Part shown: positions 16,849-23,962 of the stretch, piece by piece
Layout: each line of letters begins with the position of its first letter
Position numbering within the stretch: position 1 is the first letter of the stretch
Notes under the pieces: model-generated
What the model was told of the DNA's origin: nothing
Databases searched by the model: none
The model's input: the letters and a program-made list of their open reading frames with translations, nothing else
NCBI RefSeq assembly: GCF_000284115.1
Contig: NC_017080.1
Location: 1,560,001 to 1,592,000, forward strand
Source: Phycisphaera mikurensis NBRC 102666
GTDB taxonomy: Bacteria > Planctomycetota > Phycisphaerae > Phycisphaerales > Phycisphaeraceae
DNA: 32,000 bases
Direction: 5' to 3'
Position numbers and translations under genes: made by a program

Positions 16849-17757
16849 CCCGGGTGCCACGCCCCCCAGAATCCAACCTTCGATAGGTCCCTGGGGGAGC
16901 GGTTCCCGGGTGCCACGCCCCTTGGGGGGTGGCCGTGTCGCGAGACCCTCCCGCGCTCGCCACCCCGCAAGCGGCGTGGCACCCGGGCATCGGCCGGCGT
17001 TGGGGGATGTGTCGAGGGTGGTGCCCTCCGGACCGGGTGCCACGCCCCTTGGGGGGTGGCCGTGTCGCGAGACCCTCCCCGCGCTCGCCACCCCGCAAGC
17101 GGCGTGGCACCCGGGCATCGGCCGGCGTCGGAAGATGTGTCGAGGGTGGCGCCTTCCGGACCGGGTGCCACGCCCCTTGGGGGGTGGCCGTGTCGCGAGA
17201 CCCTCCCCGCGCTCGCCACCCCGCAAGCGGCGTGGCACCCGGGCATCGGCCGGCCTTGGGAGATGTGTCGAAGGTGGTGCCCTCCGAACCGGGTGCCACG
17301 CCCCTTGGGGGGTGGCCGTGTCGCAAGACCCTCCCGCGCTCGCCACCCCGCAAGCGGCGTGGCACCCGGGCATCGGCCGGCGTCGGAAGATGTGTCGAGG
17401 GTGGCGCCTTCCGGACCGGGTGCCACGCCCCTTGGGGGGTGGCCGTGTCGCGAGACCCTCCCCGCGCTCGCCACCCCGCAAGCGGCGTGGCACCCGGGCC
17501 TCGGCCGGCCTTGGGAGATGTGTTGAAGGTGGTGCCCTCCGGATCCGGGTGTCACGCCCCTTGGGGGGTGGCCGTGTCGCGAGACCCTCCCGCGCTCGCC
17601 ACCCCGCAAGCGGCGTGGCACCCGGGCATCGGCCGGCTTTGGGAGATGTGTCGAGGGTGGTGCCTTCCGGACCGGGTGCCACGCCCCTTGGGGGGTGGCC
17701 GTGTCGCAAGACCCTCCCGCGCTCGCCACCCCGCAAGCGGCGTGGCACCCGGGCACC
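16849..17757. repeat. Tandem array of about 7 copies of a 127-129-bp unit, each containing an ~83-nt imperfect hairpin (REP/BIME-like or structured-RNA array)
   Basis: The GGGTGCCACGCC arm recurs at 16908, 17035, 17163, 17291, 17418, 17547 (variant GGGTGTCACGCC) and 17674, with a partial arm at 16852. Each unit reads CCGGGTGCCACGCC-C-CTTG-G-GGGGTGGC...GCCACCCC-G-CAAG-C-GGCGTGGCACCCGG plus a ~45-nt linker. The period is not a multiple of 3, and no stop codon occurs in any of the six frames. Confidence 0.9.
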
Positions 17758-17804
17758 CAGGCAGGAGCCACCCCCGAGCGTGCGCGGCGTCCGCGTGACG
17801 CGGA

Positions 17805-19136
17805 TCAGAGCAGGCGGACCAGCACCCCGTCCGCCACGAAGCGGCCGGCGTGCGTCAGCCGGAGCCGGCCGGCGGCCGCCTCGAGGAGGCCGAGCCGCCG
17901 GCAGTCCTGGAGGTGGTCGCGGCGCGGGTCGCCGGCGGGGAGTTCGGCTTCAAGGGATGCCGCGTTGACGCCCTCGGCGAGGCGGAGGCCGAGCATCAGG
18001 CGCTCGCCGAGCCGCCGGGCGGCGGGAAGCCGCTCGACGTCCACCCGCGGCGGCGGGCCGCCGCCGAGCAACGCGGCCTCGTAGGCGGGGAGATTGGGGC
18101 GGTTGCGGAAGCGGAGGCCGTCGAGGTGGCTGGCGGCGGCCGGTCCCAGGCCGAGCCAGCTCGCGTTGCGCCAGTAGTGCAGGTTGTGCTTGCACCGCAG
18201 GTCCCGCGCGCCGCGGCGCGCCCAGTTCGACAGCTCGTACTGCTCATAGCCGGCGGCGTCCAGCCGCTCCATCACCCGCGCGTACATCGCCCGCTGCAGG
18301 TCTTCCTCCACCTCGGCAACCTTCCCCACGCGGAGCCGGGCGGCGAGCGGGGTCTGCGGCTCGAAGGTGAGGCCGTAGGCGGAGAGGTGCTCGGGCTCGA
18401 GGCCGAGCAGGCGGTCGAGGTCGGCGTCGAGCATCGCGAGCGTCTGCCCGGGGATGGCCCAGATGAGGTCGAGCGAGACGTTGTCGAAGCCGGCGGCACG
18501 GGCGAGTTCGACGGCCCGGCCGACGCTCTCGGGGGCGTGCCAGCGTTCGAGGGCGGCGAGGCTGCCGCGGTCGAAGCTCTGGGCGCCGATCGACAGGCGG
18601 TCGACGCCGCCTCCCCGCAGCGCGGCGAGGACCGCGGGCGTGACGGTTTCGGGATTGGCCTCGGCGGTGAACTCGACGCACGCATCGAGGACGCCGCGAC
18701 GCCGGAGGTCGCCCAAGAGCGCCCGCCAATGCTCGGCGGCGAGCAGCGTCGGCGTGCCGCCGCCGGCGAAGGCCGTCCGCGGGCGGAGCGGGACACCGGC
18801 ACCGGCCCAGGCTCCCGCGGCGGCGTCGAGCTCGGCCCGGAGGGCGTCGGTGAAACGCCGCTGGGCCGACGCGAGCTCGCTCGGGGGCGCCACGACGCTG
18901 AAGAAGTCGCAGTAGTGGCACTTGTGGAAGCAGAAGGGCAGGTGCAGGTAGAGCCCGTCGACCGGCGTCGGCCGGTCGCCGTTGGGGATGAACGGCGCTT
19001 CGTCGGTCTCTTGCCGCTGCGGGGCCGCAGCGGTAGGCTCCGCCTCCGCGGGGCCGGCCGCCCGTGGCCCCGCCGCCGCTGCGCGGTGGCGGCTCCCGCC
19101 GGCCCCGCCCGGTGTCTCCGCCTGGAGTTCTCGCAT
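17805..19136 (-). CDS. hemW: Radical SAM haem chaperone HemW (oxygen-independent coproporphyrinogen-III oxidase-like)
   Basis: Radical-SAM CxxxCxxC motif (LHLPFCFHKCHYCDF). Family motifs GGGTPT, EANPETV, RLSIGAQSF and the C-terminal HemN_C-like region are present. The only canonical in-frame start is ATG 19136, which gives a 58-aa N-terminal extension, so the start is uncertain. Confidence 0.8.
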   Translation of the reverse strand: MRELQAETPGGAGGSRHRAAAAGPRAAGPAEAEPTAAAPQRQETDEAPFIPNGDRPTPVDGLYLHLPFCFHKCHYCDFFSVVAPPSELASAQRRFTDALRAELDAAAGAWAGAGVPLRPRTAFAGGGTPTLLAAEHWRALLGDLRRRGVLDACVEFTAEANPETVTPAVLAALRGGGVDRLSIGAQSFDRGSLAALERWHAPESVGRAVELARAAGFDNVSLDLIWAIPGQTLAMLDADLDRLLGLEPEHLSAYGLTFEPQTPLAARLRVGKVAEVEEDLQRAMYARVMERLDAAGYEQYELSNWARRGARDLRCKHNLHYWRNASWLGLGPAAASHLDGLRFRNRPNLPAYEAALLGGGPPPRVDVERLPAARRLGERLMLGLRLAEGVNAASLEAELPAGDPRRDHLQDCRRLGLLEAAAGRLRLTHAGRFVADGVLVRLL

Positions 19137-19869
19137 GAAGCCCGTTCTGGTGATGTTCAAGGCCGACGGCAAGCGGCGGGAGTTCCCGCTCAAGCCCGGC
19201 ACCCACGTGATCGGCCGGCAGAAGACCTGCAAGCTGCGGATCCCGCTGCCGAGCGTGTCGCGCCGCCACGCGGAGCTGACCGTGACGCCCGGCGGCGAGG
19301 TCAGCGTACGCGACCTCGGGTCGAGCAACGGCACCTTCCGCAACGGCAGCAGCGTCGAGGAGTCCGTGCTCGAAGCCGGCGACGAGCTCCGCATCGGCCC
19401 GCTGGACCTCATCCTCGCCGACGCGGAGGAGACCGACGCGGTCCAGCCGCCCGCCGCCGGTGGCGGAGCGGCCGGGGCGATGACGCCGGCGCAGGAGGAG
19501 GAGAAGGAGAAGGATCCGGAGGATTCCGACGCCGCCGACGCCTTCCTGCTCGACGACGACTCGGTGGACCTCGGGCCGGTCGACCCCGCCGGCGAGTCCG
19601 TGAGCTCGCCCAGCCCGCTGGACGCGTCGGGCTCGGCCGCGGCGATCGAGCTCGAGGGCGGCGACGACGAGCCGCCCGCACCCAAGGCCGCTCCCCGCCC
19701 CGGGAAGAGCGCGGCACCCGACGACGACGACGACGACGAGGCGGACCTCGACGACCTGCTCGCCGGCTTCGGCAGAGGCGACGACGGCGACGGCGACGAC
19801 GGAGACGACAGCGAGTTCGACTTCCTCGCGGACGTCGAGGTCATCGACGACGACGACCCCAAGGCCTGA
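19135..19869 (+). CDS. FHA-domain protein with a poly-acidic C-terminal tail
   Basis: ATG 19135. FHA signature: HVIGRQKTCKLRIPLPSVSRRHAELTV...VRDLGSSNGTFRNG. The C-terminus is a low-complexity Asp/Glu tract (DDDDDDEADLDDLL...GDDGDGDDGDD). Confidence 0.8.
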   Translation: MKPVLVMFKADGKRREFPLKPGTHVIGRQKTCKLRIPLPSVSRRHAELTVTPGGEVSVRDLGSSNGTFRNGSSVEESVLEAGDELRIGPLDLILADAEETDAVQPPAAGGGAAGAMTPAQEEEKEKDPEDSDAADAFLLDDDSVDLGPVDPAGESVSSPSPLDASGSAAAIELEGGDDEPPAPKAAPRPGKSAAPDDDDDDEADLDDLLAGFGRGDDGDGDDGDDSEFDFLADVEVIDDDDPKA

Positions 19870-19874
19870 GATCT

Positions 19875-19892
19875 GCGGCGGGATCCCGCCGC
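19875..19892. promoter_or_regulatory. 18-bp perfect palindrome between the FHA and Nif3 genes (hairpin or protein-binding site)
   Basis: GCGGCGGGATCCCGCCGC is its own reverse complement. As RNA it gives a 7-bp GC stem with a GAUC loop. It sits 6 nt after the FHA stop and 8 nt before the Nif3 ATG. Confidence 0.3.
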
Positions 19893-19899
19893 TTCGCCC

Positions 19900-21036
19900 A
19901 TGCGCCTCGACGACCTGATCACCGCCCTCGCGGGCATCGCGCCCGAGGCCAACGCCGGCTCGTGGGACCGGGTCGGCCTCCAGGTGGGCGACCCGGCGGC
20001 GGACGTCGCGGCGGGGATGCTCTGCATCGACCTCACGCCGGCGGTTGCCGCGGAGGCGGCGGCCGCTGGCTGCGGGCTGGTGGTCGCGTACCACCCGCCG
20101 GTCTTCGAGCCGCTGCGGAGCCTGCGGGCCGACGCGGGGTGGGCCCAGCGGCGGGTCTGGGACTGCGTCCACGCCCACCTGGCGGTCTACTCGCCGCACA
20201 CCGCGCTCGACGCGGTCCGCGGCGGGGTGTGCGACTGGCTGGCGGAGCGGTGCGGTGCGGGGGTTTCGGTGCCGCTGGAGCCGGCGGCGGCGGCGGGGGG
20301 GGCGGCGGCGGGCGGCTACAAGCTGGTCGTCTTCGTGCCCGCGGAGGCGGAGGCGGCTCTGCGGTCGGCGCTCTGGGCGGCCGGCGCCGGGGCCCAGGGC
20401 CGGTACGACCGCTGCTGGTTCTCCTCGGCCGGCGAGGGCGGGTTCCGCCCGCTGGAGGGGGCGGAACCCGCGATCGGCGCCGTCGGCGAGCAGGCGACGG
20501 TGGCGGAGCGGCGGGTCGAGGTGCTGGTGCCGGGCACGCGGCTTTCCGCCGTCCTGGCGGCGCTGCGGGCGGCGCACCCCTACGAGGAACCGGCCTTCGA
20601 CCTGCTGCGGCGTGAGCCCGAGCCGGCGGACCCGGCGACCCAGCCCGGGGCGGGGCGGCTGCTGACGCTCGCCGAGCCCGCGACGCTGGCGGAGCTCGCC
20701 GGGCGGGTCGGCCGCGCGCTCGGCGTGCCGCTGAAGGTCGGCGGCGACCCGGGCCTGCGGGTCGGCACCGTCGCCGCCTGCCCGGGCTCGGGCGGCAAGC
20801 TCTTCGAGGGCGTGGACGCGGACCTGTACCTCACCGGCGAGATGCAGCACCACCAGGCGCTGGACCTGGTGCAGCGGGGGCGGGGCGTGGTGCTCGGGGG
20901 GCACACGAACACCGAGCGGCCGTACCTGCCGGTCTACCGCGAGAAGATCCGAGCGACGGCGGCGGGCGCCCTCCGCTGGGAGATCAGCGAAGCCGACGCC
21001 GCGCCGCTGCGGTGGGACGCCGCGGGAGCGCGGTGA
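19900..21036 (+). CDS. Nif3-like dinuclear metal-centre protein (YqfO/YbgI family, with PII-like insert)
   Basis: 378-aa ORF. Motifs: WDRVGLQVGD, VVAYHPPVF, SPHTALDAV, the inserted domain (YKLVVFVPAEAEAALRSALWAAGAG...HPYEEPAFDL) and the C-terminal YLTGEMQHH...GGHTNTE. Confidence 0.85.
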   Translation: MRLDDLITALAGIAPEANAGSWDRVGLQVGDPAADVAAGMLCIDLTPAVAAEAAAAGCGLVVAYHPPVFEPLRSLRADAGWAQRRVWDCVHAHLAVYSPHTALDAVRGGVCDWLAERCGAGVSVPLEPAAAAGGAAAGGYKLVVFVPAEAEAALRSALWAAGAGAQGRYDRCWFSSAGEGGFRPLEGAEPAIGAVGEQATVAERRVEVLVPGTRLSAVLAALRAAHPYEEPAFDLLRREPEPADPATQPGAGRLLTLAEPATLAELAGRVGRALGVPLKVGGDPGLRVGTVAACPGSGGKLFEGVDADLYLTGEMQHHQALDLVQRGRGVVLGGHTNTERPYLPVYREKIRATAAGALRWEISEADAAPLRWDAAGAR

Positions 21037-21551
21037 CCGAGCACGCCTGGGTGGCGCTGGGGTCGAACCTGGGCGACCGCGGCGCGCACCTGCTTGCGGC
21101 GTGCCGCCGGCTCGCCGCGGCTCCGGGCGTGGCGAGCCTCGTGCGGGGGCCGTTCCGGGAGACGCCGGCGCTGGTGCTCCCGGGGACGCCGCCGCAGCCG
21201 GCGTACCTCAACGCGGCGGCGCGCCTGGAGACGACGCTGGGCCCCGCGGCGTTGCTGGACCGGCTGCAGGCGGTCGAGGCGGCGCTGGGGCGGCCGGCGG
21301 GTTCCGGCCGCGGGGTGTGGGCGCCGCGGACCGTCGACCTGGACCTGCTGTTCCACGGGCGGTCCGCGGCGTCGGACGCCCGGCTCACGCTGCCGCACCC
21401 GCGATGGGCCCGGCGGGCCTTCGTCCTGCTCCCGATCCTGGACGTGGAGCCGGGCTTCGTCAGCCCCGAGCCGCGGCCGCGGGCGGCGGGCCGCCTGCTG
21501 CGCGGGCTCTGGGGTGCAACGAGCGCCGCGTCGACGCCGCCGCCCGCCTGA
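21033..21551 (+). CDS. folK: 2-amino-4-hydroxy-6-hydroxymethyldihydropteridine pyrophosphokinase (HPPK)
   Basis: Motifs VALGSNLGDR, YLNAAARLET, RTVDLDLLF and LTLPHPRWARRAFVLLPI. The GTG at 21033 overlaps the Nif3 stop (GTGA). GTG 21012 is an alternative start. Confidence 0.85.
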   Translation: MTEHAWVALGSNLGDRGAHLLAACRRLAAAPGVASLVRGPFRETPALVLPGTPPQPAYLNAAARLETTLGPAALLDRLQAVEAALGRPAGSGRGVWAPRTVDLDLLFHGRSAASDARLTLPHPRWARRAFVLLPILDVEPGFVSPEPRPRAAGRLLRGLWGATSAASTPPPA

Positions 21552-21567
21552 GTCGGAGGCACCGACG

Positions 21568-23016
21568 CTACGCCGGGGGCTCCGCGGCACGGGGCTCCGC
21601 GTCGCCCTCCCGTGGCAGCAGCGGGCGGAGCCGCCGCCAGAGCCGCTCGGCGGCGTCGCGACGGTGGGCCCGGCCCGCGGCGTCCTCGCGGGCGAAGACC
21701 CGCAGCAGCCGGTTGCGGAGCACGCGGTGCAGGGGCAGCGGGCCGGCGGGGTCGAAGCGCGCGACCTCGGTGAGCAGCGGGTCGAGGCCGGCGTCGAGCA
21801 GCGCGATCAGCGGGCCCGCGGGCGCACCCGGCGGGAGGTGGCGGCGGGCCACCGAGACGAGCTCGGGCACGGCCGCGGCGACGAGGCGGCGGCGGGCCGC
21901 GGCGGCTCCGGCCACGGCGGCGGCGAAGGCGTCGAGCGCCTTCTGCGGCGGCGGGGCCGACGGGCGGAAGCTCTCGCGGAGGCGGCCCGCCTCCAGGCCG
22001 GCGTCGCGGCAGGCGGCGGCGAGGCGCCGCGCCTCCGCCGGCCCCGGCGGCGCGGCCGCGAGCACCGCCGCGAGCGGACCGGGCAAGCCCGGCGGGAGCG
22101 GGGCGGGGTGGCGCGGCGGGGCGTCCTCCTCCGCCGGCGGCCGACCCGCCGGGGCCGGGGCGAGCCGCAGCGGCAGCCGCAGCGCGACCGCCGCCCGGTG
22201 GGAAGCCAGCGCCCGCCGCACCGCGGCGGGCTTGAGGCCCAGCCGGGCCGCCGCGGCGGTGATCGGCTCGCCGCGGCGGCCGGCGCGGCGGATTTCCCGC
22301 AGCCTCCCGCGATCCAGCGGCCGACGCGTGGCGGGGAAGACCGCCGCCTCGCCCCGGCCCACCCGCTGGGCCTCCTCCCGCAGCAGAAGCTGGCGGACGG
22401 TCTCGTGGGCGCGGCCCAGCCCGGCCGCGATCTGTGCGGCCGCCGCCGAGAGCGACGCCCCGCCCGCGGCCAGCTCGCCGGCCCGCCGCAGCGCCTCCGC
22501 CCGGTCCGCCGCGGGCAGCTGCGAGAAGCCGGCCGCCGCCTCCAGCCGCCCGGGGAAGGACCGGCGGTGGTGCTCGATCGCCTCGTGCGTGAAGCCGATC
22601 TGCCGGCGGGCGGCGCCGCGCGGGGCGAGCCAGCGCCAGCGGAGCCCGTCCTTCCGCCAGCGGGCGAGCGTGCGCGGTGCCACCCCCAGAGCCGCCGCCC
22701 AGTCGTCGGCCACGCGGGAGCGCGGCGGGTCCGGCGGCAGGTCCAGCCCGCGGGACAGCGTGTCGATCAGCTTCCGCAGGTCGGCTCCGACGGCCGCGCC
22801 GGCGAGCAGCGCCGCGTCGCCGCGGTCCCGACGCAGGCCCGAAAGGCGGAAAGCGAGGTAGTCCACCGGGTAGGTGGCGTCGCCCTCGAGGCTGTCGTGC
22901 AGGGCCTCGGCCCGCAGCAGCACCGCCTCGCGTTCCGCCGCGTCGCGGCCGAGCAGGCCCGGGGCGAGGTCGGCCAGCGGGCGGCAGGCCAGCGCCGGCA
23001 CCGCCGGAGGCCTCAC
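21568..23016 (-). CDS. Hypothetical multi-HTH protein with a C-terminal sigma-70 region-2-like segment
   Basis: The GTG at 23016 overlaps the mqnA stop (GTGA) and gives 482 aa with very high third-position GC. There are three HTH-like segments: AAALGVAPRTLARWRKDGL, LSAAAAQIAAGLGRAHETVRQLL and ITAAAARLGLKPAAVRRAL. The C-terminal part reads LVSVARRH...LIALLDAGLDPLLTEVARFDPAGPLPLHRVLRNRLLRVF. Confidence 0.6.
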   Translation of the reverse strand: MRPPAVPALACRPLADLAPGLLGRDAAEREAVLLRAEALHDSLEGDATYPVDYLAFRLSGLRRDRGDAALLAGAAVGADLRKLIDTLSRGLDLPPDPPRSRVADDWAAALGVAPRTLARWRKDGLRWRWLAPRGAARRQIGFTHEAIEHHRRSFPGRLEAAAGFSQLPAADRAEALRRAGELAAGGASLSAAAAQIAAGLGRAHETVRQLLLREEAQRVGRGEAAVFPATRRPLDRGRLREIRRAGRRGEPITAAAARLGLKPAAVRRALASHRAAVALRLPLRLAPAPAGRPPAEEDAPPRHPAPLPPGLPGPLAAVLAAAPPGPAEARRLAAACRDAGLEAGRLRESFRPSAPPPQKALDAFAAAVAGAAAARRRLVAAAVPELVSVARRHLPPGAPAGPLIALLDAGLDPLLTEVARFDPAGPLPLHRVLRNRLLRVFAREDAAGRAHRRDAAERLWRRLRPLLPREGDAEPRAAEPPA

Positions 23017-23849
23017 GGCGTCACCGCCGCGGCGGGCAGGCCGAGCAGGTCGCGCTCGGCGTTCTCGATCAAGCCCAGGCGGCCGAGTTCGGCGCCGAAG
23101 CGGCGCACGGCGGCGAGCTGCTCGGGCCCGGTCTCGTAGCAGAGGATGCGGCCGAGGTACGCCTCGGCCAGGCCCGCCGGCCAGCCGAGGCCGGCGGCGT
23201 GGCGGCGGACGAGTTCGGGCACGCGGGCGAGGTTGCGGGCCCTCACCGCCTCCATCCGGCGCTCCAGCCGCGACGGCAGCGCCGCCCGGGGCGTCAGCCA
23301 CCCGGCGAAGAGGAAGGGCAGCCCGAAGGCGCGGGCCCACGCCCCGCCGAGGTCGAGCTGGTGCGGGTACAGCTCCGCCGGCGGCTCGTGCGTGACCACC
23401 TTGTCGCCGATCAAGAGCGCCGCCTCGTGCCCGCCGGGCACCGCCTCGGCCAGGTCGGCGTCGCGCATCTCCTCGGGCTCGAGCGCGGGGACGCGGCCCA
23501 GCCGCCGGTGCAGCAGCACGCGGAGCAGGCCCACCGAGGTGTGGCTGTCGCGGTCGACGGCGACGCCGCGGAGGTCCTCCAGCGGCACGCGGCTGAACAG
23601 CCGGACGGTGAGCGTGTCGCCGCGGCAGCCGATGCCGCCGACCGGCAGCAGCCGCAGCGGGACCGGGCTGCGGAACAGGTCGATGACCGGGCACAGCGCC
23701 GCGTCGAAGCGGCCGTCCACGAGGCCGGCGAGCAGGCTGGAGGGCACGCCGAGCTCCACCCGGAGGCCGTCGCACGCGAGGCCGTCGATCAGCGGCTTCG
23801 CGTTGAGGTACGAGACGCAGCCGAGCGTGGTGGGGCGGTCGACGGCCAC
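23013..23849 (-). CDS. mqnA: Chorismate dehydratase MqnA (futalosine-pathway menaquinone biosynthesis)
   Basis: 278-aa ORF with a GTG start. MqnA/VitK2_biosynth pattern: LGCVSYLNAKPLIDGL, FDAALCPVIDL, LLIGDKV and GLPFLFAGW. Confidence 0.8.
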   Translation of the reverse strand: MAVDRPTTLGCVSYLNAKPLIDGLACDGLRVELGVPSSLLAGLVDGRFDAALCPVIDLFRSPVPLRLLPVGGIGCRGDTLTVRLFSRVPLEDLRGVAVDRDSHTSVGLLRVLLHRRLGRVPALEPEEMRDADLAEAVPGGHEAALLIGDKVVTHEPPAELYPHQLDLGGAWARAFGLPFLFAGWLTPRAALPSRLERRMEAVRARNLARVPELVRRHAAGLGWPAGLAEAYLGRILCYETGPEQLAAVRRFGAELGRLGLIENAERDLLGLPAAAVTP

Positions 23850-23854
23850 GGCTT

Positions 23855-23956
23855 AGCGTACGGAGGCGGGGGCGTCGGCTGCGCCGCGGACCGTCGGCGA
23901 TCCGGCGCCGAACCGGCCGCGGTCCGCGGATCCGCCGGGCCCGAGCTCCGTACGCT
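23855..23956. promoter_or_regulatory. Nested inverted repeats filling the mqnA / TPR-lipoprotein divergent intergenic region
   Basis: The outer perfect 11-bp IR is AGCGTACGGAG (23855-23865) / CTCCGTACGCT (23946-23956). The inner perfect 10-bp IR is CCGCGGACCG (23884-23893) / CGGTCCGCGG (23920-23929). A central 5-bp stem is CGGCG/CGCCG (23895-23899 / 23906-23910). Confidence 0.5.
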
Positions 23957-23962
23957 TGGCCG

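Noticed and set aside
16849-17757. CRISPR array interpretation of the repeat region
   Set aside because: The sequences between the conserved arms are themselves conserved copies rather than unique spacers. The 14-bp arms alternate in orientation instead of being direct repeats. The unit length (~127 bp) is about twice a CRISPR repeat-spacer period. No cas genes are in the window.
16431-17968. Six overlapping ORFs (230-446 aa within this interval, all frames) across the repeat array as repeat-protein genes. The 643-aa minus-strand ORF 15434-17365 also overlaps the array.
   Set aside because: The repeat period is 127-129 bp, not a multiple of 3, so the same DNA unit is read in rotating frames. 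The 'proteins' are Arg/Pro/Gly-rich. Several overlap the 3' end of the PIN/TRAM gene antisense. The absence of stops is explained by composition.
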